A stretch of 64,000 nucleotides of DNA from Gemmatimonadaceae bacterium (GTDB taxonomy: Bacteria > Gemmatimonadota > Gemmatimonadetes > Gemmatimonadales > Gemmatimonadaceae), in assembly GCA_014379355.1 (NCBI GenBank), contig JACMLX010000187.1:9037-73036 (forward strand). The letters run 5' to 3'. This document shows, piece after piece, positions 16,985-26,169 of the stretch (position 1 is the stretch's first letter; each line of letters begins with the position of its first letter). The translations under genes were made by a program, and so were the position numbers. The notes under the pieces were generated by a model. It was given only the letters and a program-made list of their open reading frames with translations. It was not told the DNA's origin and made no database searches.

Positions 16985-17653
16985 GTGCGTACGAAATCCG
17001 TCGTTGCGAGCGCCGTCTGCGCCGCCCTCAGTCTCGCGCCGCACCTGCCGGCGCAATCCGCACCCCAACCTGCGCCATCGGCCGCCGCCATCGGCCGGGC
17101 GCGCGCCGATAGCGTGCGATATCCCTACACGGTCGCCGATGTGCAGTTCATGTCGGGCATGATCGGCCATCACGCGCAAGCCATCGTGATGTCGAAATGG
17201 GCGCCCTCACACAATGCCGATCCCGCCGTGCAGCGCCTCGCCGAGCGCATCATCAATGCGCAGGAAGACGAGATCGCGACGATGCAGCGCTGGCTCAGTG
17301 ATCGACTGCAGGCCGTGCCCGAAGCCAAGCCGATGTCACACGACATGGCCGGCATGGCCGGCATGAACCACTCGTCGATGCTGATGCCGGGCATGCTCAC
17401 CGATGCCCAGATGAAGGAACTCGATGCGTCGCGCGGCCCGGAGTTCGATCGCCTGTTTCTGACGTTCATGATTCAGCATCACCGTGGTGCCACGGCGATG
17501 GTCACGACGCTCTTCGGCACGACGGGCGCCGGACAGGATGAGACGGTCTTCAAGTTCGCGTCCGATGTAAACGTCGATCAGACCACTGAGATCGCCCGCA
17601 TGCAACGCATGCTGTTCGAGTTCGAATTGAAGCGCGCGGGATCACCTGAATAG
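16985..17653 (+). CDS. DUF305 family (ferritin-like four-helix) secreted protein with Met/His-rich insert
   Basis: Signal peptide, then two DUF305 half-motifs (DVQFMSGMIGHHAQAIVMS and FDRLFLTFMIQHHRGATAMV). They are separated by PMSHDMAGMAGMNHSSMLMPGM (17330-17395). Confidence 0.8.
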   Translation: MRTKSVVASAVCAALSLAPHLPAQSAPQPAPSAAAIGRARADSVRYPYTVADVQFMSGMIGHHAQAIVMSKWAPSHNADPAVQRLAERIINAQEDEIATMQRWLSDRLQAVPEAKPMSHDMAGMAGMNHSSMLMPGMLTDAQMKELDASRGPEFDRLFLTFMIQHHRGATAMVTTLFGTTGAGQDETVFKFASDVNVDQTTEIARMQRMLFEFELKRAGSPE

Positions 17654-17720
17654 CCGCGCGATGTTTTTGCACGTGCCTGACCGCCGCAGTTCCTCCCCGG
17701 TCCATCCACAGGAAGCCGAC

Positions 17721-19706
17721 ATGGCCCCACGTTTGTCCGTACGATCCACCGCGCTGCCGCTTGGCGTTGCCTTCGTGCTCGTCGCAGCCACCGCGCCGGC
17801 CGTCATGGCGCAGATGCCGACGGGCGCGCAGGTCACAGCCGCATCCGCGCCGTCGCCTGATCCCCGGGTCGGCTTGCGCGCGGGTCTCTATGACGCCGCC
17901 GAGGCGACGTGGAATCTCAAGGTCGTCTCGCGGTCACGTCCGGCGGAACGGTTCGCACCGTCCACCAACTCCGACCTGGCGTTCACCGGCAAGTATGCGA
18001 TTCAGGGCAGCTACAACGGCTATCAGATCTGGGACATCTCGACTCCCGAAAAGCCGGTGCTGACGACCGAGTACTATTGCCCCGCCTCGCAGAGCGATGT
18101 ATCGGTGTACAAGAATCTGCTGTTCGTGTCTGGCGAAGGTCTCACCGGCCGACTCGACTGCGGTGCGCAGGGCGTGCGTGACACGGTCAGCAAGGATCGC
18201 CTGCGCGGCCTTCGCATCTTCGACATCACGGATATCAAGAATCCGAAGAACGTCGGCAACGTGCAGACCTGCCGCGGCTCGCACACGCACACGGTGCTCG
18301 TCGATCCGAAGGACGCCGACAACGTGTACGTGTACATCTCCGGCTCGGCCGGCGTGCGCTCGCCGAACGAACTGCCAGGCTGCATCGGTGCCGCCGGAGA
18401 CCCGAACTCGGCGCTCTTCCGCATCGAAGTGATCAAGGTGCCGGTGGCGCATCCGGAGCAGGCCGCCATCGTCAGTTCGCCGCGCATCTTCAATGACCTG
18501 ACCGCTCCGGCACGTCACAGTGAAGCGGCTGAAGACGTCGCGGTGGCCGCGAAGGCGCTCGCCGACGCGAAAGCCAAGGGCATGTTCACCGGCACGGTGT
18601 TCGGCGCCGAGCGTGTGCTGCCGAACAACATGGTGAAGCCGATGCTCGACAGCGTCGTTGCGGCGCGCGGTGGTTCTCCGATCGCTACCGGGGCGGACAG
18701 CGCCGCACTCCGTGCAGCCTTGCCTGCAATCCTGGCGGCGCGCAGCGGCGAACGTCCGGGTGGCAATCGCAACGCCGGACCGACGCAGTGCCACGACATC
18801 ACGGTGTATCCCGCAATCGGTCTCGCCGGCGGCGCATGCGGCGGCTACGGGCTGCTGCTCGACATTCGCAATCCCGCGGCACCGGTTCGTATCGGCGCCG
18901 TCGCCGACTCGAACTTCTCGTTCTGGCATTCGGCCACGTTCAACAACGACGGCTCGAAGGTGCTCTTCACCGACGAGTGGGGCGGTGGTGGTCAGCCGAA
19001 GTGCCGCAGCACCGACAAGCATGAGTGGGGTGCCAACGCGCTCTTCACGCTGAAGGACGGCGTGATGAAGTTCCAGAGCTACTACAAGCTGCCGGCGGCG
19101 CAGACGAGCGTCGAGAACTGCGTCGCCCACAACGGCTCGCTGGTTCCGGTGCCGGGCCGCGACATCTTCGTGCAGTCGTGGTATCAGGGTGGCATCTCGA
19201 TCTTCGACTGGACCGACATCACGAAGCCGATGGAAATCGCCTTCTACGATCGCGGCCCGGTGGATTCGACGCGCCAGGGCAACGGCGGCACATGGTCGGT
19301 GTACTGGTACAACGGCGTGCTGGTGAGCTCGGAAATCTCGCGCGGACTGGACATCCTCGAGTTGACGCCGAGCGCGCTCATCTCGCAGAACGAGATCGAC
19401 GCGGCGAAGACGGTGCACTTCGACTACCTGAACGCGCAGGGTCAGCCGAAGCTGGTCTGGCCGGCCAGCTTTGCGAAGGCGCGCGCCCTGGTCGATCAGC
19501 TGGAACGATCGAACGGCCTGCCTGCCGCGCGGATCGCCTCGGTTCGCGAATCGCTGACCGCAGCGGAGAAGTTGTCGGGTTCGGCACGCGGCACGGCACT
19601 CTCGACCCTTGCGACTGCGCTGCACGCCGAGGCGAATGCGTCCAGCGACGCACCGAAGGCACACATGATGGCTGCTGCCGTCGGTGAACTGGCGACGGCG
19701 AAGTGA
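17721..19706 (+). CDS. secreted LVIVD-repeat-like beta-propeller protein with C-terminal helical tail (paralog 1)
   Basis: Start at MAPRLSVRSTALPLGVAFVLVAATAPAVMAQ. Repeated hydrophobic-D-(I/W)-(S/T)-x-P strands (YQIWDISTPEKP, LRIFDITDIKNPK, ISIFDWTDITKP, LDILELTP). Eight Cys and the motif VQTCRGSHTHTV are shared with the paralog. Confidence 0.65.
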   Translation: MAPRLSVRSTALPLGVAFVLVAATAPAVMAQMPTGAQVTAASAPSPDPRVGLRAGLYDAAEATWNLKVVSRSRPAERFAPSTNSDLAFTGKYAIQGSYNGYQIWDISTPEKPVLTTEYYCPASQSDVSVYKNLLFVSGEGLTGRLDCGAQGVRDTVSKDRLRGLRIFDITDIKNPKNVGNVQTCRGSHTHTVLVDPKDADNVYVYISGSAGVRSPNELPGCIGAAGDPNSALFRIEVIKVPVAHPEQAAIVSSPRIFNDLTAPARHSEAAEDVAVAAKALADAKAKGMFTGTVFGAERVLPNNMVKPMLDSVVAARGGSPIATGADSAALRAALPAILAARSGERPGGNRNAGPTQCHDITVYPAIGLAGGACGGYGLLLDIRNPAAPVRIGAVADSNFSFWHSATFNNDGSKVLFTDEWGGGGQPKCRSTDKHEWGANALFTLKDGVMKFQSYYKLPAAQTSVENCVAHNGSLVPVPGRDIFVQSWYQGGISIFDWTDITKPMEIAFYDRGPVDSTRQGNGGTWSVYWYNGVLVSSEISRGLDILELTPSALISQNEIDAAKTVHFDYLNAQGQPKLVWPASFAKARALVDQLERSNGLPAARIASVRESLTAAEKLSGSARGTALSTLATALHAEANASSDAPKAHMMAAAVGELATAK

Positions 19707-19768
19707 TGCGGACATGATGGGAATTCGATCGTGTCGCTGAAACCACGGCGCGATCGGAGTTGTAGGTG

Positions 19769-19803
19769 AGCGTGCTGGTGCCAAGATTTGGCATCAGCAC
19801 GCT
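19769..19803 (+). terminator. strong hairpin between the two propeller paralogs (AGCGTGCTGGTGCCAA-GAT-TTGGCATCAGCACGCT)
   Basis: The ~16-bp stem with one mismatch lies 63 nt after the stop of paralog 1 and is followed by TGGTCTTTCAT. The U-tract is weak. Confidence 0.45.
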
Positions 19804-19839
19804 TGGTCTTTCATACATCGTCTCACACCACCCACCCCT

Positions 19840-21810
19840 ATGCCAGCAGTCTCCCTCGCGCGCGCGGTGCCCTCCGCATTGGCGCTCGTATTGCTCGCCA
19901 CCACCGCCCCGTCGAGTCTGCTGGCTCAAGGCATGTCCGGCGCAGCACCGTCGCCCGATCCGCGCGTCGGGTTGCGCGCCGGTCAGTACGACGCCGCCGA
20001 AGCCATGTGGAACATGCGCGTCGTCTCCCGCACGAAGCCATCGGAAAAGTTCCTGACGTCCACCAATTCCGACCTGTCGTTCACGGGCAAGTACGTGATC
20101 CAGGGCAGCTACAACGGCTTCCAGATCTGGGACATCTCGAATCCCGCACAGCCGACACTCGCCATCGCGTATTTCTGCCCGGCATCACAGAGCGACGTGT
20201 CGGTCTTCAGGAACCTGCTGTTCGTGTCCGGGGAGGGAAACAGCGGGCGACTCGATTGCAGCGCTGCGGGTGTGCGCGACACGGTGAGCAAGGATCGACT
20301 GCGCGGTGTGCGCATCTTCGACATCACGGACGTCAAGGCGCCGAAATACGTCGGCAACGTGCAGACCTGCCGCGGGTCGCACACACATACGGTGCTCGAG
20401 GATCCGAAGGACAAGGAGAACGTCTACATCTATGTCTCCGGGTCGGCTGGCGTACGCAGTCCCTCGGAATTGCCTGGCTGTGCGAGCGCTGATCCGGGTT
20501 CAGATCCGAACTCGGCCTTGTTCCGCATCGAAGTGATCAAGGTGCCGCTCGCGCATCCGGAACAGGCCGCAATCGTCAGTTCGCCACGCATCTTCAACGA
20601 TCTGACGCATCCGGCGACACATGCCGCAGCGCGCGAGGACATCGAATCCGCAGCCGCGGAAGCCGCCGAGGCACGCAAGCGCGGGTTGTTCACGGTGCCG
20701 GTGTTCGGCAAGGAAGAGATTCTTCCGCCACAGTTCAGCAAGATGCTGCTCGACAGCATCGTCACCAAGAACGGCCGCACCGGCGCTGCGACCTCGGCCG
20801 ACAGCGCCGAGCTTCGCGCCGGGCTGCCTGCACTCGTGGCGCGCATGGTCGGTGATGTCCCGGACGAGAATGGCAAGCCGAAACCCGGTCCGACGCAGTG
20901 TCATGACATCACGGTGTTCCCGGCGATCGGCCTCGCGGGAGGCGCGTGCGAGGGGTACGGCATGCTCCTCGACATTCGCAATCCCACCGCACCGGTGCGC
21001 ATCGCAGCCGCCGCCGATTCGAACTTCTCGTACTGGCACTCGGCCACCTTCAGCAACGACGGCACGAAGGTGCTGTTCACCGATGAGTGGGGCGGCGGCG
21101 GTCAGGCGAAGTGTCGCGCATCTGATCGCAAGGAGTGGGGTGCCAATGCGTTGTTCACGATCGAAGGCGGCAAGCTGGTCTTCCAGAGCTACTACAAGAT
21201 GATGGCGCCACAGACGCCGCAGGAGAATTGCGTGGCGCACAACGGCAGCATGGTTCCGATTCCGGGACGTGATGTGATGGCGCAGTCGTGGTATCTGGGC
21301 GGTGTGTCCGTGTTCGACTGGACCGATGTGAAGAACCCGCACGAGATTGCGTACTTCGATCGGGGGCCGGTGGATTCCACGAGCATGGGCAATGGTGGCA
21401 CGTGGTCGGTGTACTGGTACAACGGCGTGCTGGTGAGCTCGGAGATCTCGCGCGGCCTGGATGTGTTCGAGCTGTCGCCGAGCGCCCACATCTCGCAGAA
21501 CGAGCTCGATGCCGCGAAGACGGTGGTACTCGATCACCTCAACGCGCAGGGGCAGCCGAAGTTCGTGTGGCCCGCGAGTTTTGCACTGGCGCGCGCCTAC
21601 GCGGATCAGCTGGAGCGGTCGAGCGGGTTGTCGGCCGACCGATTGACGGCCGTGCGCACCGCGCTCACGTCCGCTGAAGCCGCATCCGGCAACGCACGCA
21701 AGGCGGCGCTGCGCACGCTCGGATCCTCACTCGACAAGGACGCCGGCAGCTCGAGCGACGCCGCCAAGGTTCGCAAGCTGGCGGCTGCAGTGAAGGATCT
21801 AGCGAAGTAG
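19840..21810 (+). CDS. secreted LVIVD-repeat-like beta-propeller protein (paralog 2, tandem duplicate)
   Basis: 656 aa, collinear with paralog 1 and roughly three-quarters identical by eye. It has the same Cys positions, the CRGSHTHTV motif and the same C-terminal helical tail. Confidence 0.65.
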   Translation: MPAVSLARAVPSALALVLLATTAPSSLLAQGMSGAAPSPDPRVGLRAGQYDAAEAMWNMRVVSRTKPSEKFLTSTNSDLSFTGKYVIQGSYNGFQIWDISNPAQPTLAIAYFCPASQSDVSVFRNLLFVSGEGNSGRLDCSAAGVRDTVSKDRLRGVRIFDITDVKAPKYVGNVQTCRGSHTHTVLEDPKDKENVYIYVSGSAGVRSPSELPGCASADPGSDPNSALFRIEVIKVPLAHPEQAAIVSSPRIFNDLTHPATHAAAREDIESAAAEAAEARKRGLFTVPVFGKEEILPPQFSKMLLDSIVTKNGRTGAATSADSAELRAGLPALVARMVGDVPDENGKPKPGPTQCHDITVFPAIGLAGGACEGYGMLLDIRNPTAPVRIAAAADSNFSYWHSATFSNDGTKVLFTDEWGGGGQAKCRASDRKEWGANALFTIEGGKLVFQSYYKMMAPQTPQENCVAHNGSMVPIPGRDVMAQSWYLGGVSVFDWTDVKNPHEIAYFDRGPVDSTSMGNGGTWSVYWYNGVLVSSEISRGLDVFELSPSAHISQNELDAAKTVVLDHLNAQGQPKFVWPASFALARAYADQLERSSGLSADRLTAVRTALTSAEAASGNARKAALRTLGSSLDKDAGSSSDAAKVRKLAAAVKDLAK

Positions 21811-21873
21811 TTCGAGTTCGTCACAAGAACGGCGCGGCGGACATTCGCGTCTGTCGCGCCGTTTTTGATTCTT

Positions 21874-22217
21874 ACAACTGCTTTGTGAGGATAGGGCGGG
21901 GAGGCCGGGGAGTGCGTGACACTCGCATGTTCTGTCTGCGCGCGCCATCGTCAACTGCAATGGGTGAGGAGCGCACTGAGTGCACGGAGCGTGCGCGACT
22001 CGAAGCTCTGCCCATCGCGCCCCGAAGATTTTTTGTGAACAGCAGTTCTTACAAAAAGTCGGCGATGTCACGCGTTGCACAGATCGTTGCAACCGACGCA
22101 CTCAGTGCGCTCCGTGCGCTCCTCACCCAATGCGGTTCACGATGTGACGTGAAGAGAGAACGCCCGAGCACACGCGCACTCTCCGGCCTCCCCGGCCTAT
22201 CGTCACAAAGCAGTTGT
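21874..22217. repeat. large palindromic intergenic repeat, copy A (MITE/BIME-like, non-coding)
   Basis: The outer arms, 21874-21918 and 22171-22217, are near-perfect reverse complements (ACAACTGCTTTGTGAGGATAGGGCGGGGAGGCCGGGGAGTGCGTG). Arm similarity resumes further in at AATGGGTGAGGAGCGCAC, so the imperfect arms span ~105 bp. The central part shares GATTTTTTGTGAAC-GCAGTTC and GATCGTTGCAACC..CGCACTCAGTGCGCTCCGTG with copy B at 46243-46574. Confidence 0.8.
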
Positions 22218-22814
22218 ACCAGCTTTTCCGCCAACTGAAGCCCAGAGCGCGCGCTCGACCATCACGGGTGTCCACGAATGGCCAATCACCGCTGCACGAT
22301 CGCGAAGGAACGCGGCGTACTTCGCGTAGTAACCGAGGGTCCATTTCACCGGCCCGAGATCCGGGACCTGCCCCGCGACGAGTTCGTCGAAGAATGGATA
22401 GACCGTCGGCAGGTGCGCGGCGACGACCGCGGACGCGGTGGCCGGACCGACGCCGTCCAGTGTCGCGATCTCGCCGATCGGTTGCGTCGGATGTGGACAG
22501 CGCGCGAGGCCGCGCACGGTCGTCTCGATCACGAGTTCCGGCGTGTTGCTCTTGACGCGCACGAGGTTCGGTGCACGCCACACGCCGCGATGCATCTTCC
22601 ACTCGGTCACGCGCGTCAGCTCGGGCAGGGTGACGTGCACCAGTCGCCGCGCAGCGATGAGTGCCGGCAATTCATCGCGATACCACGCGTCGAGTTCGGC
22701 CAGTTTCGCCACACCCTGCGCTGCGATGACATCCGGATACGCCTGCAAGGCCGACTGCCACCCGGACAGCGTGTGTGAGCCCCACAGATCAGGCATCCGA
22801 TCTCCCGGGTTCAC
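22203..22814 (-). CDS. hypothetical protein with helix-hairpin-helix-like motif (LDGVGPATASAVVAA)
   Basis: 203-aa ORF with coding-like composition and a single recognisable HhH-type GVGP motif. I cannot name a family. The stop codon and last ~5 codons lie inside the right arm of repeat copy A. Confidence 0.5.
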   Translation of the reverse strand: MNPGDRMPDLWGSHTLSGWQSALQAYPDVIAAQGVAKLAELDAWYRDELPALIAARRLVHVTLPELTRVTEWKMHRGVWRAPNLVRVKSNTPELVIETTVRGLARCPHPTQPIGEIATLDGVGPATASAVVAAHLPTVYPFFDELVAGQVPDLGPVKWTLGYYAKYAAFLRDRAAVIGHSWTPVMVERALWASVGGKAGTTAL

Positions 22815-22832
22815 ACAGGCTGTCGGACACCC

Positions 22833-25800
22833 TCATGGCACGGCGGTGCATCCTTCCACCTTCGTGCAATTCGGGTCGAGCGGCGCCAGGCGCAACCGCG
22901 TGAGTTCCTTGTTCACGTTCGCGAGGTCGGTCGCCCAGATCTGCGACAGGCGCGTCGTGTAGCGACCGAGTTCCGTATTCAGGATGCCGAAGATCTCCGG
23001 CATGTTCGTGGTCGGTCGACCGTCGCCTCGCTCCGACATCGCGAGCAGTGTCGCCAGTCGATTGTTGACGCGGATCGGGAAGTTGAGCGGGTCCTGACCG
23101 CTCTGGTTGCGCACCTGGTAGACGCTGTCCTCGACCACCGACGCATTGGTGACGAGTGTTGCACCGGCGGTCTTCAGCGCCGCATCCTCCGCCGCCTTCT
23201 TCTGCCGCTCGGCGAGTTGCGCCTTCACACGACGAATCTGGATCACCGCCATGTTCGCTTCCGTTGCCTTGTCGCGCAGCCGCGTGCCGAACTGGTACTG
23301 CGCCTGCATGTCGGCCACCGTCACTTCGGGAATCCACGGATTGGCCTTCACGATCAGCGGCGCAGTCGCGACGCGATTCTCCGCCGTGAGACGAGCCGTA
23401 TACCGACCCGGCGGCACGGCCGGTCCCGCGGTGCCGGCGCCCCACAGAATCATGCCCGGGAATGGCGTGATGCCCTGCGCGCGCAGATCCCAGAGGAAGG
23501 TGTTCATGCCCGCCTTGGTCGGCAGCGAGGCTTCGCCGCCGCGACGGCGTCCACCCGCACGAGGTCCGGTCGGACCCGCAGTATCCGGTTCGATCGTCCG
23601 CACCACGGCACCGGCGGAGTCGAGAATCTCGAGCGTGGCGCGCGACGGGACGTTCTTGAACAGGTAGCTGATCGAGATACCTGCACCCGAACGATATCCC
23701 ACTGCGGGCGTGAAGACGTGCAGGTCACTCGCGAGAATCTGCGGCGTCGCCTGACGCAGTGGCCCGATGTTGTCGAGCACCCAGAAGCCGCGACCATGCG
23801 TCGAGATCACGAGCTCATTCCCTTCGACGATCAGGTCGGAGACGGGAACGTCCGGCATGTTGAATGCGATGCTCTGCCACGACGCTCCGTCATCGACCGA
23901 CATGTACACGCCACTCTGCGTGCCGGCGTACAGCAGCCCTTTGCGCGTCGGATCCTCGCGCACGACATGCACATAGGCATCACGTCGGATCCCGGTGACG
24001 ATCTTCGTCCAGGTGCGACCGTAGTCCGTGGTCCTGAAGATGTACGGCGAGAAATCGTTGAGCAGCGGCTTGCGCACCGACATGTACGCGGTGCCCGGGT
24101 TGAACTTCGACGCATCGATCTGGCTGACGCGGCCGAAATCGGGCATGTCCTTCGGCGTCACGTTCGTCCAGGTCTTGCCGCCATCACGTGTGACGTGCAC
24201 CAGGCCATCGTCCGAGCCCGTCCAGATCACGTTGAGATCCGTCTTGCCCGGCGCGACGGAGAAGATCACGCCATACACCTCGGGGCCGTTCATGTCGCCG
24301 GTGATCGGTCCACCCGATTTTTCCTGCGTGGCCGGATCGTGGCGCGTCAGGTCACCGCTCAGCACCGCCCACGTGCGGCCGCCATCGGTCGTCTTCCACA
24401 GCCGCTGCGACGACACATACAGCGTGCGCCGATCCACCGGCGAGAAGATGATCGGGTACGTCCACTGCCAGCGTTCACGAATCGCCTTCGACGGTTCGCC
24501 GGAGTAGAACCACGGATACGGGTTCACCTCGCGTGACACGTTCGTGCGATGATTGAACTTGTCGAGATACGCACCGTTGTTCGTGCCGGAGTAGAACAGG
24601 TCCGGATCGCGGGGATCCGGCGCGATGTAGCCCGGCTCACCACCGCCTGCCTGGTAACTCACCGCCATGCCGCCGGCGGTGAGGTCCACTGGTGCGCGAC
24701 GCGGTGCCGCGCCGGTATCGGTGCGCGGCGCATTCGCCGCGTTGAACGCCTGCAGGTTCCAGTTGTACGGCACGCACAGCGTCGAGTTGTCCTGCTGCGA
24801 CCCGCACACGTGATACGGAATGTGTGTGGTGGTGATCGCGTGATAGAACTGCTCCGTCGGATAATCCTCGAGCGTGTACTTGCCACCCGTGTTGGTCGAG
24901 ATCGCGCCGCCGCCGTCATTGGCGACGACCAGATGCGCCGGATCGTCAGGATCGATCCACAGGTCGTGCCAGTCGCCGTGCGAATTGCCGTCGATGGCCG
25001 TCAGCGTCTTGCCCGCGTCCGTCGAGCGGAAGATCGACGTGTTCTGGGCGTAGACGACGTCGGCGTTCCTGTGATCCGCGAAGAGGTGTGTGTAGTAGAA
25101 CGCACGCTGGCGGATGCTGCGCGCGGCATTCATCAGCGTCCACGTCGCACCGGCATCGTCACTCTTGAACAACCCACCGCTGTCGTTCTCGACCAGCGCG
25201 TACAGGCGATTGGAGTTGGCCGCCGTCGCGGCGACGCCGATCTTGCCGACGAGGCCCTTCGGCATGCCCGGATTGCGCGTGATCTCGGCCCACGTCTCGC
25301 CACCGTCGGTGCTCTTGAACAAGCCGCTGCCCGGACCACCGCTCGACATCTGGAACTCGCGGCGGAATGCCTGCCAGAGCGATGCGTACATCACGTTCGG
25401 GTTCGCTCGATCGATCGCGATGTCGATGCCGCCGGTGCTGTCATCACGAAACAGCACGCGCTTCCACGTCGTGCCGCCGTCGATGCTCTTGAAGATGCCG
25501 CGCTCGGTACTCGGCACGCTGTACTTCCCGAAGGACGCGACGAAGATGATGTCGGGATTGGTCGGGTGAATGCGGATCTTGGAGATCGCATGGGATTCGC
25601 GGAATCCGACGTGTGTCCATGTCTTGCCGGCATCGCGGCTGCGATACACGCCATCACCCGGCATGATGTTGCCGCGGATGGCCGACTCGCCCATGCCGAT
25701 GAAGACGAGGTCCGGGTTCGATTCACTCACTGCGACCGCACCGACCGAGGCGCTCGTCAGCTGTCCATCGGTGACCGGAGCCCAGTTGTCACCGCCATCG

Positions 25801-26054
25801 GTCGTCTTCCATAAACCGCCGCCGGTGGCGCCGAAGTACGCTTCGTTCGGCCGTCCCTTCACGCCACTCGCCGCGATCGAACGTCCGCCACGGTCAGGGC
25901 CGATGTTGCGCCATTTGTAACCGGCGGTGAGTGTCGAATCGAGGGCGACTGCCGATGTCGAGGGCAGGCGACGCTGCTCGAGCGTGGTGGTGATCGCCGA
26001 GAGGGCGGCGAGCGCCGGAAGCGCGATCAGGGACAGCGGGCGCAGCGAGAACAT
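22833..26054 (-). CDS. secreted BNR/Asp-box, sortilin (VPS10)-like multi-propeller protein (often annotated as glycosyl hydrolase), paralog 1
   Basis: Start at MFSLRPLSLIALPALAAL. Recurrent S-x-D-x-G-x-T-W Asp-boxes (TTDGGDNWAP, SRDAGKTWTH, SIDGGTTWKR, STDGGETWAE, SDDAGATWTL, TTDGGRTWAV, TRDGGKTWTN, TTDYGRTWTK). Confidence 0.8.
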   Translation of the reverse strand: MFSLRPLSLIALPALAALSAITTTLEQRRLPSTSAVALDSTLTAGYKWRNIGPDRGGRSIAASGVKGRPNEAYFGATGGGLWKTTDGGDNWAPVTDGQLTSASVGAVAVSESNPDLVFIGMGESAIRGNIMPGDGVYRSRDAGKTWTHVGFRESHAISKIRIHPTNPDIIFVASFGKYSVPSTERGIFKSIDGGTTWKRVLFRDDSTGGIDIAIDRANPNVMYASLWQAFRREFQMSSGGPGSGLFKSTDGGETWAEITRNPGMPKGLVGKIGVAATAANSNRLYALVENDSGGLFKSDDAGATWTLMNAARSIRQRAFYYTHLFADHRNADVVYAQNTSIFRSTDAGKTLTAIDGNSHGDWHDLWIDPDDPAHLVVANDGGGAISTNTGGKYTLEDYPTEQFYHAITTTHIPYHVCGSQQDNSTLCVPYNWNLQAFNAANAPRTDTGAAPRRAPVDLTAGGMAVSYQAGGGEPGYIAPDPRDPDLFYSGTNNGAYLDKFNHRTNVSREVNPYPWFYSGEPSKAIRERWQWTYPIIFSPVDRRTLYVSSQRLWKTTDGGRTWAVLSGDLTRHDPATQEKSGGPITGDMNGPEVYGVIFSVAPGKTDLNVIWTGSDDGLVHVTRDGGKTWTNVTPKDMPDFGRVSQIDASKFNPGTAYMSVRKPLLNDFSPYIFRTTDYGRTWTKIVTGIRRDAYVHVVREDPTRKGLLYAGTQSGVYMSVDDGASWQSIAFNMPDVPVSDLIVEGNELVISTHGRGFWVLDNIGPLRQATPQILASDLHVFTPAVGYRSGAGISISYLFKNVPSRATLEILDSAGAVVRTIEPDTAGPTGPRAGGRRRGGEASLPTKAGMNTFLWDLRAQGITPFPGMILWGAGTAGPAVPPGRYTARLTAENRVATAPLIVKANPWIPEVTVADMQAQYQFGTRLRDKATEANMAVIQIRRVKAQLAERQKKAAEDAALKTAGATLVTNASVVEDSVYQVRNQSGQDPLNFPIRVNNRLATLLAMSERGDGRPTTNMPEIFGILNTELGRYTTRLSQIWATDLANVNKELTRLRLAPLDPNCTKVEGCTAVP

Positions 26055-26169
26055 ACGCGGGTTCGGTTGGGGGCGACCGTGGGAGAGGACGCGGACACAA
26101 CACACGGAACGGTGCACGGCGACGCAACGTTGACGCGCATCGACATCGGCGGAAGCTACACGACGCCCC

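Noticed and set aside
17934-19784. A 616-aa minus-strand ORF antisense to propeller paralog 1. Similar cases are 20500-21537, 8074-9180, 52643-54169, 55845-56858 and 62355-63368.
   Set aside because: Same reasoning: Arg/Ala/Gly-rich nonsense-like translations opposite well-supported genes, with no recognisable domains.
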